Positions 37,894 to 48,437 are shown, counted from the stretch's first letter. The stretch: 64,000 nucleotides of DNA from an uncultured Phycisphaerales bacterium (GCA_963755915.1 CAVWLP010000002.1:4864001-4928000); one strand, 5' to 3'. Notes: a model not told the origin generated them from the sequence alone. Program-made: numbers and translations.

Positions 37894-39303
37894 TCAGTCG
37901 ATTTTGAGGCGTTTTTTCCAATTGGCCAGTTGGTCTTGGAAGGGTTTTCCACCCGCGGCGCCGGCGCTGCGGTAGCGGTTTACGACGTTTTTTGCGCCTA
38001 GGGAGTCGTAGACATCTTGGTCGGGGCCCACGGATTGCCATCCGTGGGCTTTCAGGGCTTCGTGGAAATCTTCGAGTTTTAGTTGGGCGAGGGCGGTTTT
38101 TCCTTCTTTTTCGCATTTGGCGACCAGGGTGCCTACCACGTGATGGGCGGTGCGGAAGGGGACGCCTTTGGTTACGAAATATTCCGCTAAGCTCGTGGCG
38201 TCGAGGAATCCGCGCTCGAGGGTGGGCTCGATGTTTTCCTTGATGAAATTCGCGGAGTTTACGATTGCGGCGGCCATGGTTAGGCAACTGGTCACGGTGT
38301 CGTAGGCGCGGAAGACGATGCGTTTGTCTTCCTGGAGGTCGCGGTTGTAGCCGATGGGGAGGCCCTTGAGGATGGTCATGAGGGCGAAGAGATCGCCATA
38401 GACGTTTCCGCAGCGGCCGCGGATGAGCTCGAGCATGTCGGGGTTGCGCTTCTGGGGCATCATACTGCTACTGGTGGTGTACTTGTCCGCGATTTTGATG
38501 AAGGAGAATTCGGTGGTCATGTAGATGATCCACTGCTCGGCCCAGCGGGAGAGGTGCATGGAGATGATGGCGAGGTGAAAGACGAATTCGATGGCCAGAT
38601 CGCGCTTGGCGGTCTGTTCGATGCTGCTTGGGGTTACGGCGCCGAAGCCCAGGAGGGAACGCGTCGCTTCGAGATCGAGCGGGAGGGAAGTGCCGGCGAT
38701 TGCGCCGGAGCCGAGGGGATTTTCCATCTCCTTCAGTCGGAATCGGCCCATGCGGTTGAAGTTTTCCGAAAGCATCGAGCACCAGGCGAGGGCCTCGGCG
38801 CCGGCGACGATCGGCTGGGCGCGCTGGAGATGCGTATAGGACGGCATCACAACATCACGGCTTCGGTCGGCCAAAGCGATGAAGGCGCAGCAGAGGGATT
38901 CCAAGGCGGTATCGATTTTGCCACTCGCTTCATCGAGCCAGAGCAGCAGGTCGGTCGCGACCTGATCGTTGCGGCTCCGGGCTGTGTGGAGCTTTTTTCC
39001 GGGTTCGCCGATACGCTCGATCAGCGCGGCTTCGACGACCATGTGGATGTCTTCGAGGCTTTCGTCGAATTTGAATTTGTTGGATTCGATTTCTTTTTCG
39101 ATTTCTTTCAGGCCGGAGATGATGGCGTCGCGTTCGGGGTCGGTGATGAGGTTGACCTTGGCGAGCATTGTGGCGTGGGCGATGCTGCCGGCGATGTCGT
39201 GCTTGTAGAGGCGGCGATCGTAGGTGATGGATTCGACGAAGGACTGGCCGAGGGCGTCGGTGGCTTCGCCGATGCGGGCTTGCCAGGATTTTTCTTTTGC
39301 CAT
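37894..39303 (-). CDS. argH: Argininosuccinate lyase
   Basis: EDIHM, KLHTARSRNDQVATD, MPSYTHLQRAQP, SSMMPQKRNPD and YNRDLQEDK. Confidence 0.96.
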   Translation of the reverse strand: MAKEKSWQARIGEATDALGQSFVESITYDRRLYKHDIAGSIAHATMLAKVNLITDPERDAIISGLKEIEKEIESNKFKFDESLEDIHMVVEAALIERIGEPGKKLHTARSRNDQVATDLLLWLDEASGKIDTALESLCCAFIALADRSRDVVMPSYTHLQRAQPIVAGAEALAWCSMLSENFNRMGRFRLKEMENPLGSGAIAGTSLPLDLEATRSLLGFGAVTPSSIEQTAKRDLAIEFVFHLAIISMHLSRWAEQWIIYMTTEFSFIKIADKYTTSSSMMPQKRNPDMLELIRGRCGNVYGDLFALMTILKGLPIGYNRDLQEDKRIVFRAYDTVTSCLTMAAAIVNSANFIKENIEPTLERGFLDATSLAEYFVTKGVPFRTAHHVVGTLVAKCEKEGKTALAQLKLEDFHEALKAHGWQSVGPDQDVYDSLGAKNVVNRYRSAGAAGGKPFQDQLANWKKRLKID

Positions 39304-39347
39304 GGGCATCGATTCTAACCGTAAATTGTAAATAGGGGACGGGGGGA

Positions 39348-39376
39348 CGCGCACCCCTGCGGGGTTGCGGCTAAAC
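39348..39376. repeat. REP-like short repeat, family B, copy 3 (diverged)
   Basis: cgcgcacccctgcggggttgcggctaaac. It supplies the last codon and the TAG stop of the GNAT gene. Confidence 0.7.
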
Positions 39377-39811
39377 GGGGAGGTGGAAGATCATTTTGTA
39401 GTGCGGGCCGGCGGTGGGGATGTCGAATTCTTCGGAAGCGATTTTCCAGCCGTGCTTTTCGTAGAACGGGGCGGCGGGTTTGCGGGCGTTGGCCCAGATG
39501 AGGGGGACGCCTCTTTCTTGCGCGATTCGGTGAACGTCTGCGAGCAATTTGCTCCCCAGACCAAAACGCTGATGGGCTGGATCGATGGCCATTCCGCGAA
39601 GCTGGCAGGCGGGGTGGCCGTTCCATTCGTTCAATAGGATCGTGGCGCAGCCGACGACCTGGTTTTGAATTTTCGCGGCGAGGTGGACGGTTGTTGTTTT
39701 GTCGTCGCCGGGAAAATAGGCGTCGGATCTGGGGAGGCCGGTGCGCAGGACTGCGTGGCGGAGATCGATGATCTGCTCGACATCGACGCGGGTTATCTCG
39801 ATTATTTCCAT
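39371..39811 (-). CDS. GNAT-family acetyltransferase
   Basis: LRHAVLR, QLRGMAIDPAHQRFGLGSKLL and WANAR..A..FYEKHG. Confidence 0.9.
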   Translation of the reverse strand: MEIIEITRVDVEQIIDLRHAVLRTGLPRSDAYFPGDDKTTTVHLAAKIQNQVVGCATILLNEWNGHPACQLRGMAIDPAHQRFGLGSKLLADVHRIAQERGVPLIWANARKPAAPFYEKHGWKIASEEFDIPTAGPHYKMIFHLPV

Positions 39812-40728
39812 GCCTGGGGATGATGCTCCGGCACCATTGGCAAATCGGCGGCGGCGGCGTTGGAGCGGGTTTGCTTTTCGTCTTTGCAGCCGGGGATGAC
39901 GGTGGTGACGGCCTGATGCTGGAGGCACCAGGCGAGGGCCCATTGGGCCATTTCTACGCCGGGGGGGACTTCGCTGCGGGCGATTTCCTGAACTTCGTGG
40001 AGGCGCTTTTCGACGGTGGCCCTGTCCTGGCCGGTGCGAACGTCGTTGGCGGCGAACTTGACGCCTGGCTTGTATTTTCCGCTCAGGAATCCGCTGGCGA
40101 GGGGGACGCGGGCGAGGACGCCGAGGTTTTGGGTTTGACAGCTATTGAACACGGCCTCTTCGGGGGTGCGATCGAGGCGGTTGTAGATGACCTGGATGGC
40201 TTCGACTTTTCGGCGGGTGGAGGCTTCTACCTGGTCGATATTTTTTTGGGTCAGGCCGGAGATTGAATTGCCGAGGTGGCGGACTTTTCCGGACTTGTGC
40301 AGCTTTTCCAGGGCTGCGGATAACTCATCGTTATCGAATTCGCTGAATCGGATGCTGTGATACTGGAGGAGATCGATCCAGTCGGTCTCGAGCGCCTTCA
40401 GGGAATCTTCGACCTGGACGATCATGTCGGCGGCGGTGCGTTCGTCGGTGCGGTTCATGTGGGAATGGAATTTGTGGCCGAATTTGGTGGCCACGATCCA
40501 TTTTTCGCGGTCGCGGCGGATGGCGGCGCCGACGAAGCGTTCGGAAAGATGGTCGCCGTAGCATTCGGCGGTGTCGATGAGGTTAATGCCGGTTTCGCGG
40601 GCGGCGTTGAAGATTCGATCGACCTCGAGTTGGGTGAAATCCTTTCCCCATTCACCGCCGAATTGCCAGGTGCCGATGCCGATGACGGAGACGCGGAGAT
40701 CGGTTTTTCCGAGGCGGCGGTATTTCAT
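39802..40728 (-). CDS. Aldo/keto reductase
   Basis: MKYRRLGKTDLRVS, GINLIDTAECYG, ATKFG, IDLLQYH and PLASGFLSGKY. Confidence 0.92.
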   Translation of the reverse strand: MKYRRLGKTDLRVSVIGIGTWQFGGEWGKDFTQLEVDRIFNAARETGINLIDTAECYGDHLSERFVGAAIRRDREKWIVATKFGHKFHSHMNRTDERTAADMIVQVEDSLKALETDWIDLLQYHSIRFSEFDNDELSAALEKLHKSGKVRHLGNSISGLTQKNIDQVEASTRRKVEAIQVIYNRLDRTPEEAVFNSCQTQNLGVLARVPLASGFLSGKYKPGVKFAANDVRTGQDRATVEKRLHEVQEIARSEVPPGVEMAQWALAWCLQHQAVTTVIPGCKDEKQTRSNAAAADLPMVPEHHPQAWK

Positions 40729-41050
40729 GGGGGTATTGTCGGGCGCGGGCACGGGAATTCAAACGGGGATGAACATTCCCCAGTTTTCCCCAAAATTCCC
40801 CACTTTTTCGGACAAGCACAGGGAATTGGGGAATTTGAAATTTGAGATTTCAGACTTGGGGGAAGAAGAAATATCGCGCCTCTATATACAGGTCCGGGAG
40901 TGCACGTTTTGTACCTATTTTTGCAAAAATCCGGGGGGAATTATTTTTCGGGGCGTGAGATTGGAAAGAATTTGATAAGCGGGGCGCGAAATCGTGGTAA
41001 TTGGCCAATACTTGCATTTTCGGGGCGAATCCACAAAACTTACTTTCCCC

Positions 41051-43498
41051 ATGAAAAAAATCGCTCTCGTAATATCAGCGGCGTTTTTGGCTATTTTCCT
41101 CGGCAGCGCGGCGGGTGATCCGGCCGGGATTACGGTCGATCTGGACCATCCCGGGGCGAAGATCAGCCCGACCTTTTACGGCCTGATGACGGAGGAGATC
41201 AATCACTCCTATGACGGCGGGCTGTATGCGGAATTGATCCAGAATCGCGCAATGGGGGACAGTGTACATGAGCCGAGGCACTGGTCGGTTGTAAAGAGCG
41301 ATGGGGTGGATGGGTCGATTGCGCTGGATACGGGCGTGCCGTTGAACGACGCGCTGAAGACGAGCTTGCGGCTCGACGTCGCTAACGTGGGCCAGGGACA
41401 GCGGGTTGGCGTTGCCAATGAGGGGTATTGGGGTATTCCGGTCAAGCCGGACACGCAATATCAGGCTTCGTTTTACGCGAAGGCGGGAAACGGGTTTGCC
41501 GGTCCGCTGACCGTTGATATCGAGAGCAATGATGGGGGCACGATCTATGCCACTGGGACGGTTTCGCAAATCAGCGGCGACTGGAAGAAATATGATCTTA
41601 CGCTCACGACCCAAAAGCTTGACCCGACGAAGGATGCTCGATTTGTGATCTCAGCGGGCGGGAAGGGATCGGTGTGGTTTGATCAGGTGTCTCTGTTTCC
41701 GCCGACCTATAACGACCGCCCCAACGGCAACCGGATCGACCTGATGCAGTTGCTGGCAGATCTGCACCCAACCTTCCTTCGGTTCCCCGGTGGGAACTAT
41801 TTGGAGGGCGACTTTGTTAATGAGCGCTTCATATGGAAAAACACCATTGGCGACCCGGCGCAGCGGGCCGGACATCGCAGTCCGTGGAATTACCACTCGA
41901 CGGACGGCATGGGTTTGCTGGAATTTCTGGAGTGGTGCGAGGACCTGCACATGCAGCCGCTGCTGGCGGTTTATGCGGGATATTCGCTGCAGCATATCCA
42001 TGTCGATGCGGGGCCGGACCTGGTGCCGTTTGTGCAGGAGGCGCTGGATGAAATCGAATATTGTACGGGGGATACTTCTACGAAATGGGGGGCGGAGCGT
42101 GCGAAGGATGGGCATCCGCAGCCGTTCGATATCAAATATATTGAGGTGGGCAATGAGGATTTCTTTGACACGGCGGGGTACGACAAGCGTTTCGCGCAGT
42201 TTTATGACGCGATCAAGGCGAAATATCCGAACCTGCTGCTGATCGCGACGGTACCGGTGAAGAACCGGACGCCGGATGTGGTGGATGACCACTATTACCG
42301 CTCTTCGCGGCAGATGGAGCGGGACGTGACACATTACGACAAGACGGATCGAAATGGGCCGAAGGTTTTTGTGGGTGAATGGGCGACGACTGAAGGGCGG
42401 CCGACGCCGAACTTCGGGGCGGCGATGGCGGACGCGGCCTGGATGACGGGACTGGAACGCAACTCGGATGTGGTGGTGATGAACTGCTATGCGCCGCTGC
42501 TGGTGAATGTGAATCACAACGCGTCGCAGTGGGGTACGAATCTGATCGGATACGATGCGCTGAATAGCTTCGGATCGACGTCGTATTACGCGCAGCGGAT
42601 GTTTGCGGAGAACATGGGAGATACGATTATCCCGGTGGCAATCTCGCAGCCACCGGTCGATAACAGCACCCCCCCACCGCCGGACACCGGGGGCGTGGGG
42701 GTGGGGACGTGGAATACGCAGGCGCAGTTTAAAGACATTAAAGTCACCCAGGGGGATCAGACGCTTTTGCAGTCGGATTTCACGAACGGCACCGCGGGCT
42801 GGCGAAAGGGACGCAATGGAACCTGGTCGGCGGCAGATGGGGTGCTGACGCAGTCCGGCAATGCTCAGGATACGCGGATCACCACGGGCAATGCGAGTTG
42901 GACAGATTACACGTATAGCCTGAAGGCGATGAAAACGGGCGGGTCGGAAGGATTCCTGATCCTGTTCCACACGCGCGGGCGAAATGATTATCTCTGGTGG
43001 AACGTCGGCGGGTGGGGGAATACGCGGTCTGCCCTGGAAAAAATCGATGATGGGCAGAAGAAAGAGTTCGGGACGTCGGCGAATGTCACCGTCGAATCGA
43101 ATCGGTGGTACGACATCAGCGTTGAAGTGAGCGGCACGGATATCAAGTGCTATCTGGACGGGAAGCTGGTGACTGAGGCGACGGATCCTCCGCCGGCGCC
43201 GCTGGATCCGATTTATGCGACGGCGAGCCGGGTGGATTCAACCGGGCAGGTGATTTTGAAGGTGGTGAACATCTCGTCTTCGCCGGAGAGTTTGCAGATC
43301 AATCTGAGCGGGGCGAAGGATGTTTCGGCGGCCGGGAAGGCGATCGTGCTGACGGGGAAACCGACGGATGTGAATTCGCTGGCGAATCCGACGAAGGTTT
43401 ATCCGCAGGACCAGGACATCACGGACGCGGGGGCGACGTTTACGCATGAGTTTCCGGCGTATTCGGTGAATGTGCTGAAGATTGATATGAAGCCGTAG
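41051..43498 (+). CDS. Secreted GH51 alpha-L-arabinofuranosidase with CBM-like and inserted ConA/DUF1080-like domains
   Basis: EEINHSYDGGLYAELIQNR, FLRFPGGNYLEG, IEVGNED, DDHYY, VFVGEW, LERNSDVV and YAPLL. Confidence 0.92.
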   Translation: MKKIALVISAAFLAIFLGSAAGDPAGITVDLDHPGAKISPTFYGLMTEEINHSYDGGLYAELIQNRAMGDSVHEPRHWSVVKSDGVDGSIALDTGVPLNDALKTSLRLDVANVGQGQRVGVANEGYWGIPVKPDTQYQASFYAKAGNGFAGPLTVDIESNDGGTIYATGTVSQISGDWKKYDLTLTTQKLDPTKDARFVISAGGKGSVWFDQVSLFPPTYNDRPNGNRIDLMQLLADLHPTFLRFPGGNYLEGDFVNERFIWKNTIGDPAQRAGHRSPWNYHSTDGMGLLEFLEWCEDLHMQPLLAVYAGYSLQHIHVDAGPDLVPFVQEALDEIEYCTGDTSTKWGAERAKDGHPQPFDIKYIEVGNEDFFDTAGYDKRFAQFYDAIKAKYPNLLLIATVPVKNRTPDVVDDHYYRSSRQMERDVTHYDKTDRNGPKVFVGEWATTEGRPTPNFGAAMADAAWMTGLERNSDVVVMNCYAPLLVNVNHNASQWGTNLIGYDALNSFGSTSYYAQRMFAENMGDTIIPVAISQPPVDNSTPPPPDTGGVGVGTWNTQAQFKDIKVTQGDQTLLQSDFTNGTAGWRKGRNGTWSAADGVLTQSGNAQDTRITTGNASWTDYTYSLKAMKTGGSEGFLILFHTRGRNDYLWWNVGGWGNTRSALEKIDDGQKKEFGTSANVTVESNRWYDISVEVSGTDIKCYLDGKLVTEATDPPPAPLDPIYATASRVDSTGQVILKVVNISSSPESLQINLSGAKDVSAAGKAIVLTGKPTDVNSLANPTKVYPQDQDITDAGATFTHEFPAYSVNVLKIDMKP

Positions 43499-43584
43499 GG
43501 GCTAGGTGCGCGGCGGTACCGATTAAACCCTTGAAAGCGTGCACTGTGGGCCGGTTCGCGCAGAATTATTTTGATTTGTTCGGT

Positions 43585-43613
43585 TTATGTATGTATAGTA
43601 TTTCCGATATAAT
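43585..43613 (+). promoter_or_regulatory. Putative sigma70 promoter giving a near-leaderless transcript
   Basis: TTATGT, 17-bp spacer, TATAAT (43608-43613), 9 nt before the ATG at 43623, in an AT-rich context. Confidence 0.55.
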
Positions 43614-43622
43614 TAAAGCGAG

Positions 43623-44153
43623 ATGAACGGCGACACAATCAAGACCTCGCTTGCCGCACTTGGGCGAGAGTTGTCAGCAGGGGACCCGGTTGAATTAGTA
43701 ATCGTGGGGGGCGCGGCGGGACTGCTGACAGGTCAGTTGTCTCCCGCTGTTACAACGGGCGACGTGGACGCGATATCGGTCCTGCCCGCCGATCAATGGC
43801 ACCGGGTTCAGGAAGCGGCAGCGCTGGTCACAACGGCATTGGGTCTTCCAGCCAATTGGCTGAACCGCGATGTGGGGTTGCATCGACTTGCATTGCCACC
43901 GGACTACCGCAGCCGACTTGTGATCGTGGGTGAATTTGGATCCCTGACGGTAAAGGCAATAGGCCGGCTCGATTTGATTGCCATGAAGTTCTACGCCCAT
44001 CGCCAGCGCGACGTAGAACACCTGCTTGAATTCTCGCCAACCGGGCAGGAGAAGAGATTTGTGTTGGACTATCTGAACGCTTTGGAGTCGGCCGGGGTTG
44101 GGGAGCCGAGCCAGATTCAAATGGCCAAACATGTGCTCACGGAATGGAAATAA
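43623..44153 (+). CDS. DUF6036/AbiEii-like (Pol-beta fold) nucleotidyltransferase
   Basis: LVIVGGAA...TTGDVDAI, LPANWLN and DLIAMKFYAHRQRD. Confidence 0.75.
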   Translation: MNGDTIKTSLAALGRELSAGDPVELVIVGGAAGLLTGQLSPAVTTGDVDAISVLPADQWHRVQEAAALVTTALGLPANWLNRDVGLHRLALPPDYRSRLVIVGEFGSLTVKAIGRLDLIAMKFYAHRQRDVEHLLEFSPTGQEKRFVLDYLNALESAGVGEPSQIQMAKHVLTEWK

Positions 44154-44908
44154 TGCAGCGCGAAGCAGTCAATTCCGTAATCGCCAAGTGGACGCGCCTG
44201 GGCGCGATGTTCAATGTTTCTGCCTGTGACGAGGAGGTAGACGTCGAATACCTCCTGCTTGACACTGCGCGGATGGCCGCGATGAATTCACGTCTATTCA
44301 TTCTCGCGGTAACCTGGCTTTCCCAATATGGCAGCTACGTTGCTAGACACCGCCTTGCCCGTCTGATTGGCGATGAACTTGAAAACGAGCATCGGCAGAC
44401 AATGGGGCTGATGCTGGATCTGGCAAAACAAAAGGGCGCCGACAGCGCTCATCGGTTCAATAAAGCGATTGAAGCTTGCGGCGAAGTCATCGACCACAAA
44501 CCCCTGCTCGACGTCTCCCGGCGGAGCGACCTGCTCGCGAAGATTTCGCGGCAAAGTGCTTCGGCACTTTCGCTGAAATGGGGAAGATGGGTAGAAGATT
44601 TTGAGCTGAAGCTTAGCGCACTGCGACCGCCGCACTGGATCATCGAAAAGAATCCGTCCCTACGATGGAGGTCTGATTTCAAAGGGGATTTGCGGGCATC
44701 GGTGGTGGTCGAATTGCTGGCCAGCGCGGGCCGGGCGGAGAGCGAATCGGATATCGCTCGACGCTGCGGCGTCACGTACTCGGCCGCGCTGAACGCCCTG
44801 GAATCTCTTGAACGGTCTGGATGGATCCGGCGCAAGCGTCGCCCGCACTCGACGGAAATCGTGCTTGTGGGAGATTCAAAAATGAAATCGCTCGTAGGCG
44901 TGAAATAA
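44144..44908 (+). CDS. Hypothetical protein with a C-terminal (winged) HTH, overlapping the nucleotidyltransferase gene
   Basis: ESDIARRCGVTYSAALNALESLERSGWI; 10-nt overlap with the upstream gene. Confidence 0.7.
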   Translation: MEIMQREAVNSVIAKWTRLGAMFNVSACDEEVDVEYLLLDTARMAAMNSRLFILAVTWLSQYGSYVARHRLARLIGDELENEHRQTMGLMLDLAKQKGADSAHRFNKAIEACGEVIDHKPLLDVSRRSDLLAKISRQSASALSLKWGRWVEDFELKLSALRPPHWIIEKNPSLRWRSDFKGDLRASVVVELLASAGRAESESDIARRCGVTYSAALNALESLERSGWIRRKRRPHSTEIVLVGDSKMKSLVGVK

Positions 44909-44967
44909 TCGGGACTCCACGAACGACGTTGGGCGAGCGGTATGGATTGTTTTTCGGGGCCTGGGAC

Positions 44968-46335
44968 TTACGCCGCGCGGGCGCGGGAGACGGCGCCGGG
45001 GGCGAAGGTTTCGGGGGGGATTTTCACACCGGCGTTTTCGAGCTTCTGCATGAACATGGGGCGGAGTCCGCAGGCGACGAGGGAGCCGTCGACTTTGTTG
45101 GGCTGTCCGGTGGCGATTTCCTTGAACTTGAAGAGTTCCTGCATGAGGACGCGGTCGCCTTCCATGCCGGCGATCTCGGTGACGCTGGTGACTTTTCGGG
45201 AACCGTCGCGGAGGCGCGATTGCTGGACCATGACCTGGACGGCGGAGCCGATCTGCTCGCGGATGACGCGGATGGGGAAGTCGATGCCGGCCATGAGAGA
45301 CATGGTTTCAATACGGGAGATGGCGTCGCGCGGGCTGTTGGCGTGGAGGGTGGTGAGGGAGCCGTCGTGACCGGTGTTCATGGCCTGGAGCATGTCGAGG
45401 GCTTCTGCGCCGCGGCACTCGCCGACGACGATGCGCTCGGGACGCATACGCAGGGCGTTGCGGACGAGCTCGCGAATGGTGACTTCGGCGCCGGTGTCGG
45501 AGCCGGCGCGCTTGGCTTCCAGAGTGATGACATGGTCCTGGTCGAGCTGCAATTCGGCGGCGTCTTCGATGGTGACGATTCGCTCGTCGTGTCCGATGCA
45601 ACTGGAGAGAATATTGAGAAGGGTCGTTTTGCCGGAGCCGGTTCCACCGCAGACGACGATGTTGAGGCGAGCCTGGACGCAGGCCTTGAGGAAGTCGCCG
45701 ATGGGGGCGGTGATGGAACCGAACTTCACCAGGTCTTCCATGGTGAGGCGTTTACGGCTGAATTTTCGGATGGTGACGCAGGCGCCGGCGATGGCGATGG
45801 GCGGAATGACGACGTTGACGCGCGAGCCGTCAGGCAGACGGGCGTCGACGAGCGGGTTGTTGCCGTCGAGGCGCTTGCCGAGGGGTTTGATGATGCGGTC
45901 GATCACGGCCCGGAGATGGGCGTCGTCGTCGAAAACGATGTCGGTTCGCATCGGTTTGCCCATGCGCTCGACGTAAACGCGGTCGGTGCGGTTGATCATT
46001 ACTTCGGTGACGGTGGGATCGTCGAGCAGGGGTTGAATCGGGCCAAAGCCGTAGAGTTCGGCCAGCACCTCGTTGAGGAGTGTATTACGGACGTCGTCGG
46101 GGAGGCTGGCGTCGGCGGCGCGGAGGGCGCCGGGGAGTTCGTCTTCGATCTTTTTGCGGTTGGCCACATCGGTCGCGGCGGTTCCGGAGGGTTGTGCCTG
46201 TTTGAAGAAATGCTCAACCAATCGCTTGCGGATTTTGCGCAGTTGGGCCTTTGCGGAGGCATCCCCCTGCTCGGTTGGCTTGGACCCATTCATTTCAGGC
46301 ATGGTTGAAGTATCGGCCGCTTTGCGAATGAGCAT
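44968..46335 (-). CDS. cpaF: CpaF/TadA-family secretion ATPase (start uncertain, 46302-46374)
   Basis: GFGPIQPLLDD, VDARLPDGSRVN, GGTGSGKTT, TIEDAAEL, LRMRPERIVVGECRG and AMNTGHDGSLTTLHAN. Confidence 0.9.
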   Translation of the reverse strand: MLIRKAADTSTMPEMNGSKPTEQGDASAKAQLRKIRKRLVEHFFKQAQPSGTAATDVANRKKIEDELPGALRAADASLPDDVRNTLLNEVLAELYGFGPIQPLLDDPTVTEVMINRTDRVYVERMGKPMRTDIVFDDDAHLRAVIDRIIKPLGKRLDGNNPLVDARLPDGSRVNVVIPPIAIAGACVTIRKFSRKRLTMEDLVKFGSITAPIGDFLKACVQARLNIVVCGGTGSGKTTLLNILSSCIGHDERIVTIEDAAELQLDQDHVITLEAKRAGSDTGAEVTIRELVRNALRMRPERIVVGECRGAEALDMLQAMNTGHDGSLTTLHANSPRDAISRIETMSLMAGIDFPIRVIREQIGSAVQVMVQQSRLRDGSRKVTSVTEIAGMEGDRVLMQELFKFKEIATGQPNKVDGSLVACGLRPMFMQKLENAGVKIPPETFAPGAVSRARAA

Positions 46336-46485
46336 AAGAGCGCCAATACTCGATTCAGCCTTCAAAAGGGGCACATCGGAAGGAATTAGCGCGGTCCTAA
46401 TTTATGGGATCGGCGAGGCGAAAGGCGTGATTTGAGGATGACGTGGTCCGGTAAACGAATTCCGCCGGTGAGGACACTTTTGGGG

Positions 46486-47508
46486 CTATTGCAGCGAGGG
46501 GCGGCTGGAGGGGGCGTTCAGCGGGACGTGCGGCCTGGCAAGAGAACGGTCGAAGAAATCGTAGACCATTGAGAGATCATCGTGATTACGGAACCAGCCG
46601 TATCCGTGTCCGGCGTTGGGAATGATTACAAATCGGACCTTGGCCCCGGCGGCAGTGAGCCGCTGATAGAATTCCTGGCTCTGGTGCAGGGGAACGTAGC
46701 GGTCCTGGTTGCCATGCATGATGAGGAAGGGGACGAGCGGGCCTTTGCCGATCTGGTCGGCCGGGCTGGCGAAGCGGGCGATGCGCGATTGGGTTGCCAG
46801 CGAGCCTCCGCCGAAGAGGAAATTCACAGCGGTTCCGCCGGGACCGGTCCAGTCGTCGGCGGCCTGAAAATCAGAAGGGCCGAACCAATCGCAGACGGCC
46901 TGCACATTGCTGGAAGGACCAATAACGCCTTCGGTTCCCTCGTATTCGCGGCAGCCGTTGGTGGTGCCGAGAAGGGATGCAAGTTGTCCACCGGCGGAAT
47001 CGCCCCATACGCCGATGCGATCGGGCGAGATTCCAAAATCGCGGGCGTGGAAGCGAAGGAATCGGATGGCGGCTTTGCAATCGAAAATCTGCGCGGGGAA
47101 GAGGGCGTCGGAGCTGAGGCGATAGTTGATGCTCACGACGATAAATCCGCGGGTGAGGATCCCCAAACCCGGTGGCGCGGATTTATCTCCGCTGCGCCAT
47201 CCACCGCCGTGAATCCAGACCATCACGGGGCGCGGGGTGGTTCGAACGTCGGGAAGATAAAGATCGAGGGTGCGGGAGCGGCCTGCTCCGATGACGTAGG
47301 AAATATCATGGACGACATGGAATCCCTTGGGGATCCATTGCACGGTTAGAACCCTTGATGGCCGGGTGGAAGGAAGAAGGGAAACGGACGGCGCGGGAGT
47401 AAGCGAATTGATTGGGAGGGGACTGGCAGGGATGAGCGTGGTCGCATCGGCAAACGATGCGACAAGCACTGCCAGACAAAAACCGAGTTGCCCGAAGAAC
47501 GACTTCAT
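46486..47508 (-). CDS. Secreted alpha/beta hydrolase (BD-FAE-like esterase)
   Basis: LDLYLP, IHGGGW, SINYRL, WGDSAGG, HGNQD and AGHG. Confidence 0.88.
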   Translation of the reverse strand: MKSFFGQLGFCLAVLVASFADATTLIPASPLPINSLTPAPSVSLLPSTRPSRVLTVQWIPKGFHVVHDISYVIGAGRSRTLDLYLPDVRTTPRPVMVWIHGGGWRSGDKSAPPGLGILTRGFIVVSINYRLSSDALFPAQIFDCKAAIRFLRFHARDFGISPDRIGVWGDSAGGQLASLLGTTNGCREYEGTEGVIGPSSNVQAVCDWFGPSDFQAADDWTGPGGTAVNFLFGGGSLATQSRIARFASPADQIGKGPLVPFLIMHGNQDRYVPLHQSQEFYQRLTAAGAKVRFVIIPNAGHGYGWFRNHDDLSMVYDFFDRSLARPHVPLNAPSSRPSLQ

Positions 47509-47693
47509 TTCCGCCGCCAAACGAGTGAGGAACGTATTATATTTAACTGCACGGACTAAAGATACGGAAGTTTCAGGGATAAAGTGAACAAGGGAGGGGT
47601 TATGATGACCTATGGTTGGCAGTTGATTAATCCGCTGGAAACGCGGCCGAGGCCGCATAAGAGGCGATTGGTCGCTGAGATTGACACACATCC

Positions 47694-48398
47694 ATGAATC
47701 AGGAAGTTAAAGACCGCATATCCGCTGCCCTCCGCGACTTCGCTCGGCTGGATTTGCGCCCTTCCCACCTGATCGTTGGGGGAATGGTGGTGCTGGGGGT
47801 GATTGTTAATCTCGTGTTTGCACATGGATGGACGGTGTGGCCGGTCGTGCTGGCGTTTGCGATGCTGACCATCATTAACGAGGCGGTTGAGCGGAATGGG
47901 CAGGGGATTCCGCCGTTTCAGGTGTACGCATTTTTTATCGGGATTGGGGTGGCATGGCTGGTCGTTGTGATGTGCCTGTGGGCGGTCCATCCGATCTTTT
48001 TGATCCTTGGTATCGGGGTGGTGCTTTATCGCGGGATCGAGGCGTATCTCAAGCAGCGCGAGCGTGAGCGGCTGATCGCCTTTCGGCGCGAGCGCGGTGT
48101 GTGCCTGCACTGCGGCGAGGTGTATGATCCCAACTCGGTGCTGTGCGAATCGTGCGGGGAGGAGCCGAACCCGGATTCGGCGATACTGAAGCGGGTGGCG
48201 CAGATTTGTCGATCGCCGCAGGATGTTGCCCACGCCCGGGCGGTGCTGAGCCGGGCGACGGGATCGAACTCAGCCGCGGCGAAGGAGAAGGCGTTGATCT
48301 CGCGTCATCACGGGGAGAAGAAAAAGGTTACAAAACCGGCGGAGTTGCCGAAGGCGGCGAAGGTGGGGCCGTCTTTTGGCAAGCATCGCAAAAGTTGA
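47694..48398 (+). CDS. Membrane protein with a zinc-ribbon motif
   Basis: About four transmembrane segments followed by CLHCG...CESCG. Confidence 0.72.
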   Translation: MNQEVKDRISAALRDFARLDLRPSHLIVGGMVVLGVIVNLVFAHGWTVWPVVLAFAMLTIINEAVERNGQGIPPFQVYAFFIGIGVAWLVVVMCLWAVHPIFLILGIGVVLYRGIEAYLKQRERERLIAFRRERGVCLHCGEVYDPNSVLCESCGEEPNPDSAILKRVAQICRSPQDVAHARAVLSRATGSNSAAAKEKALISRHHGEKKKVTKPAELPKAAKVGPSFGKHRKS

Positions 48399-48437
48399 AA
48401 CAGAATTTTGGGCGGGGGTGAACCGGCGGCGCGAGAT

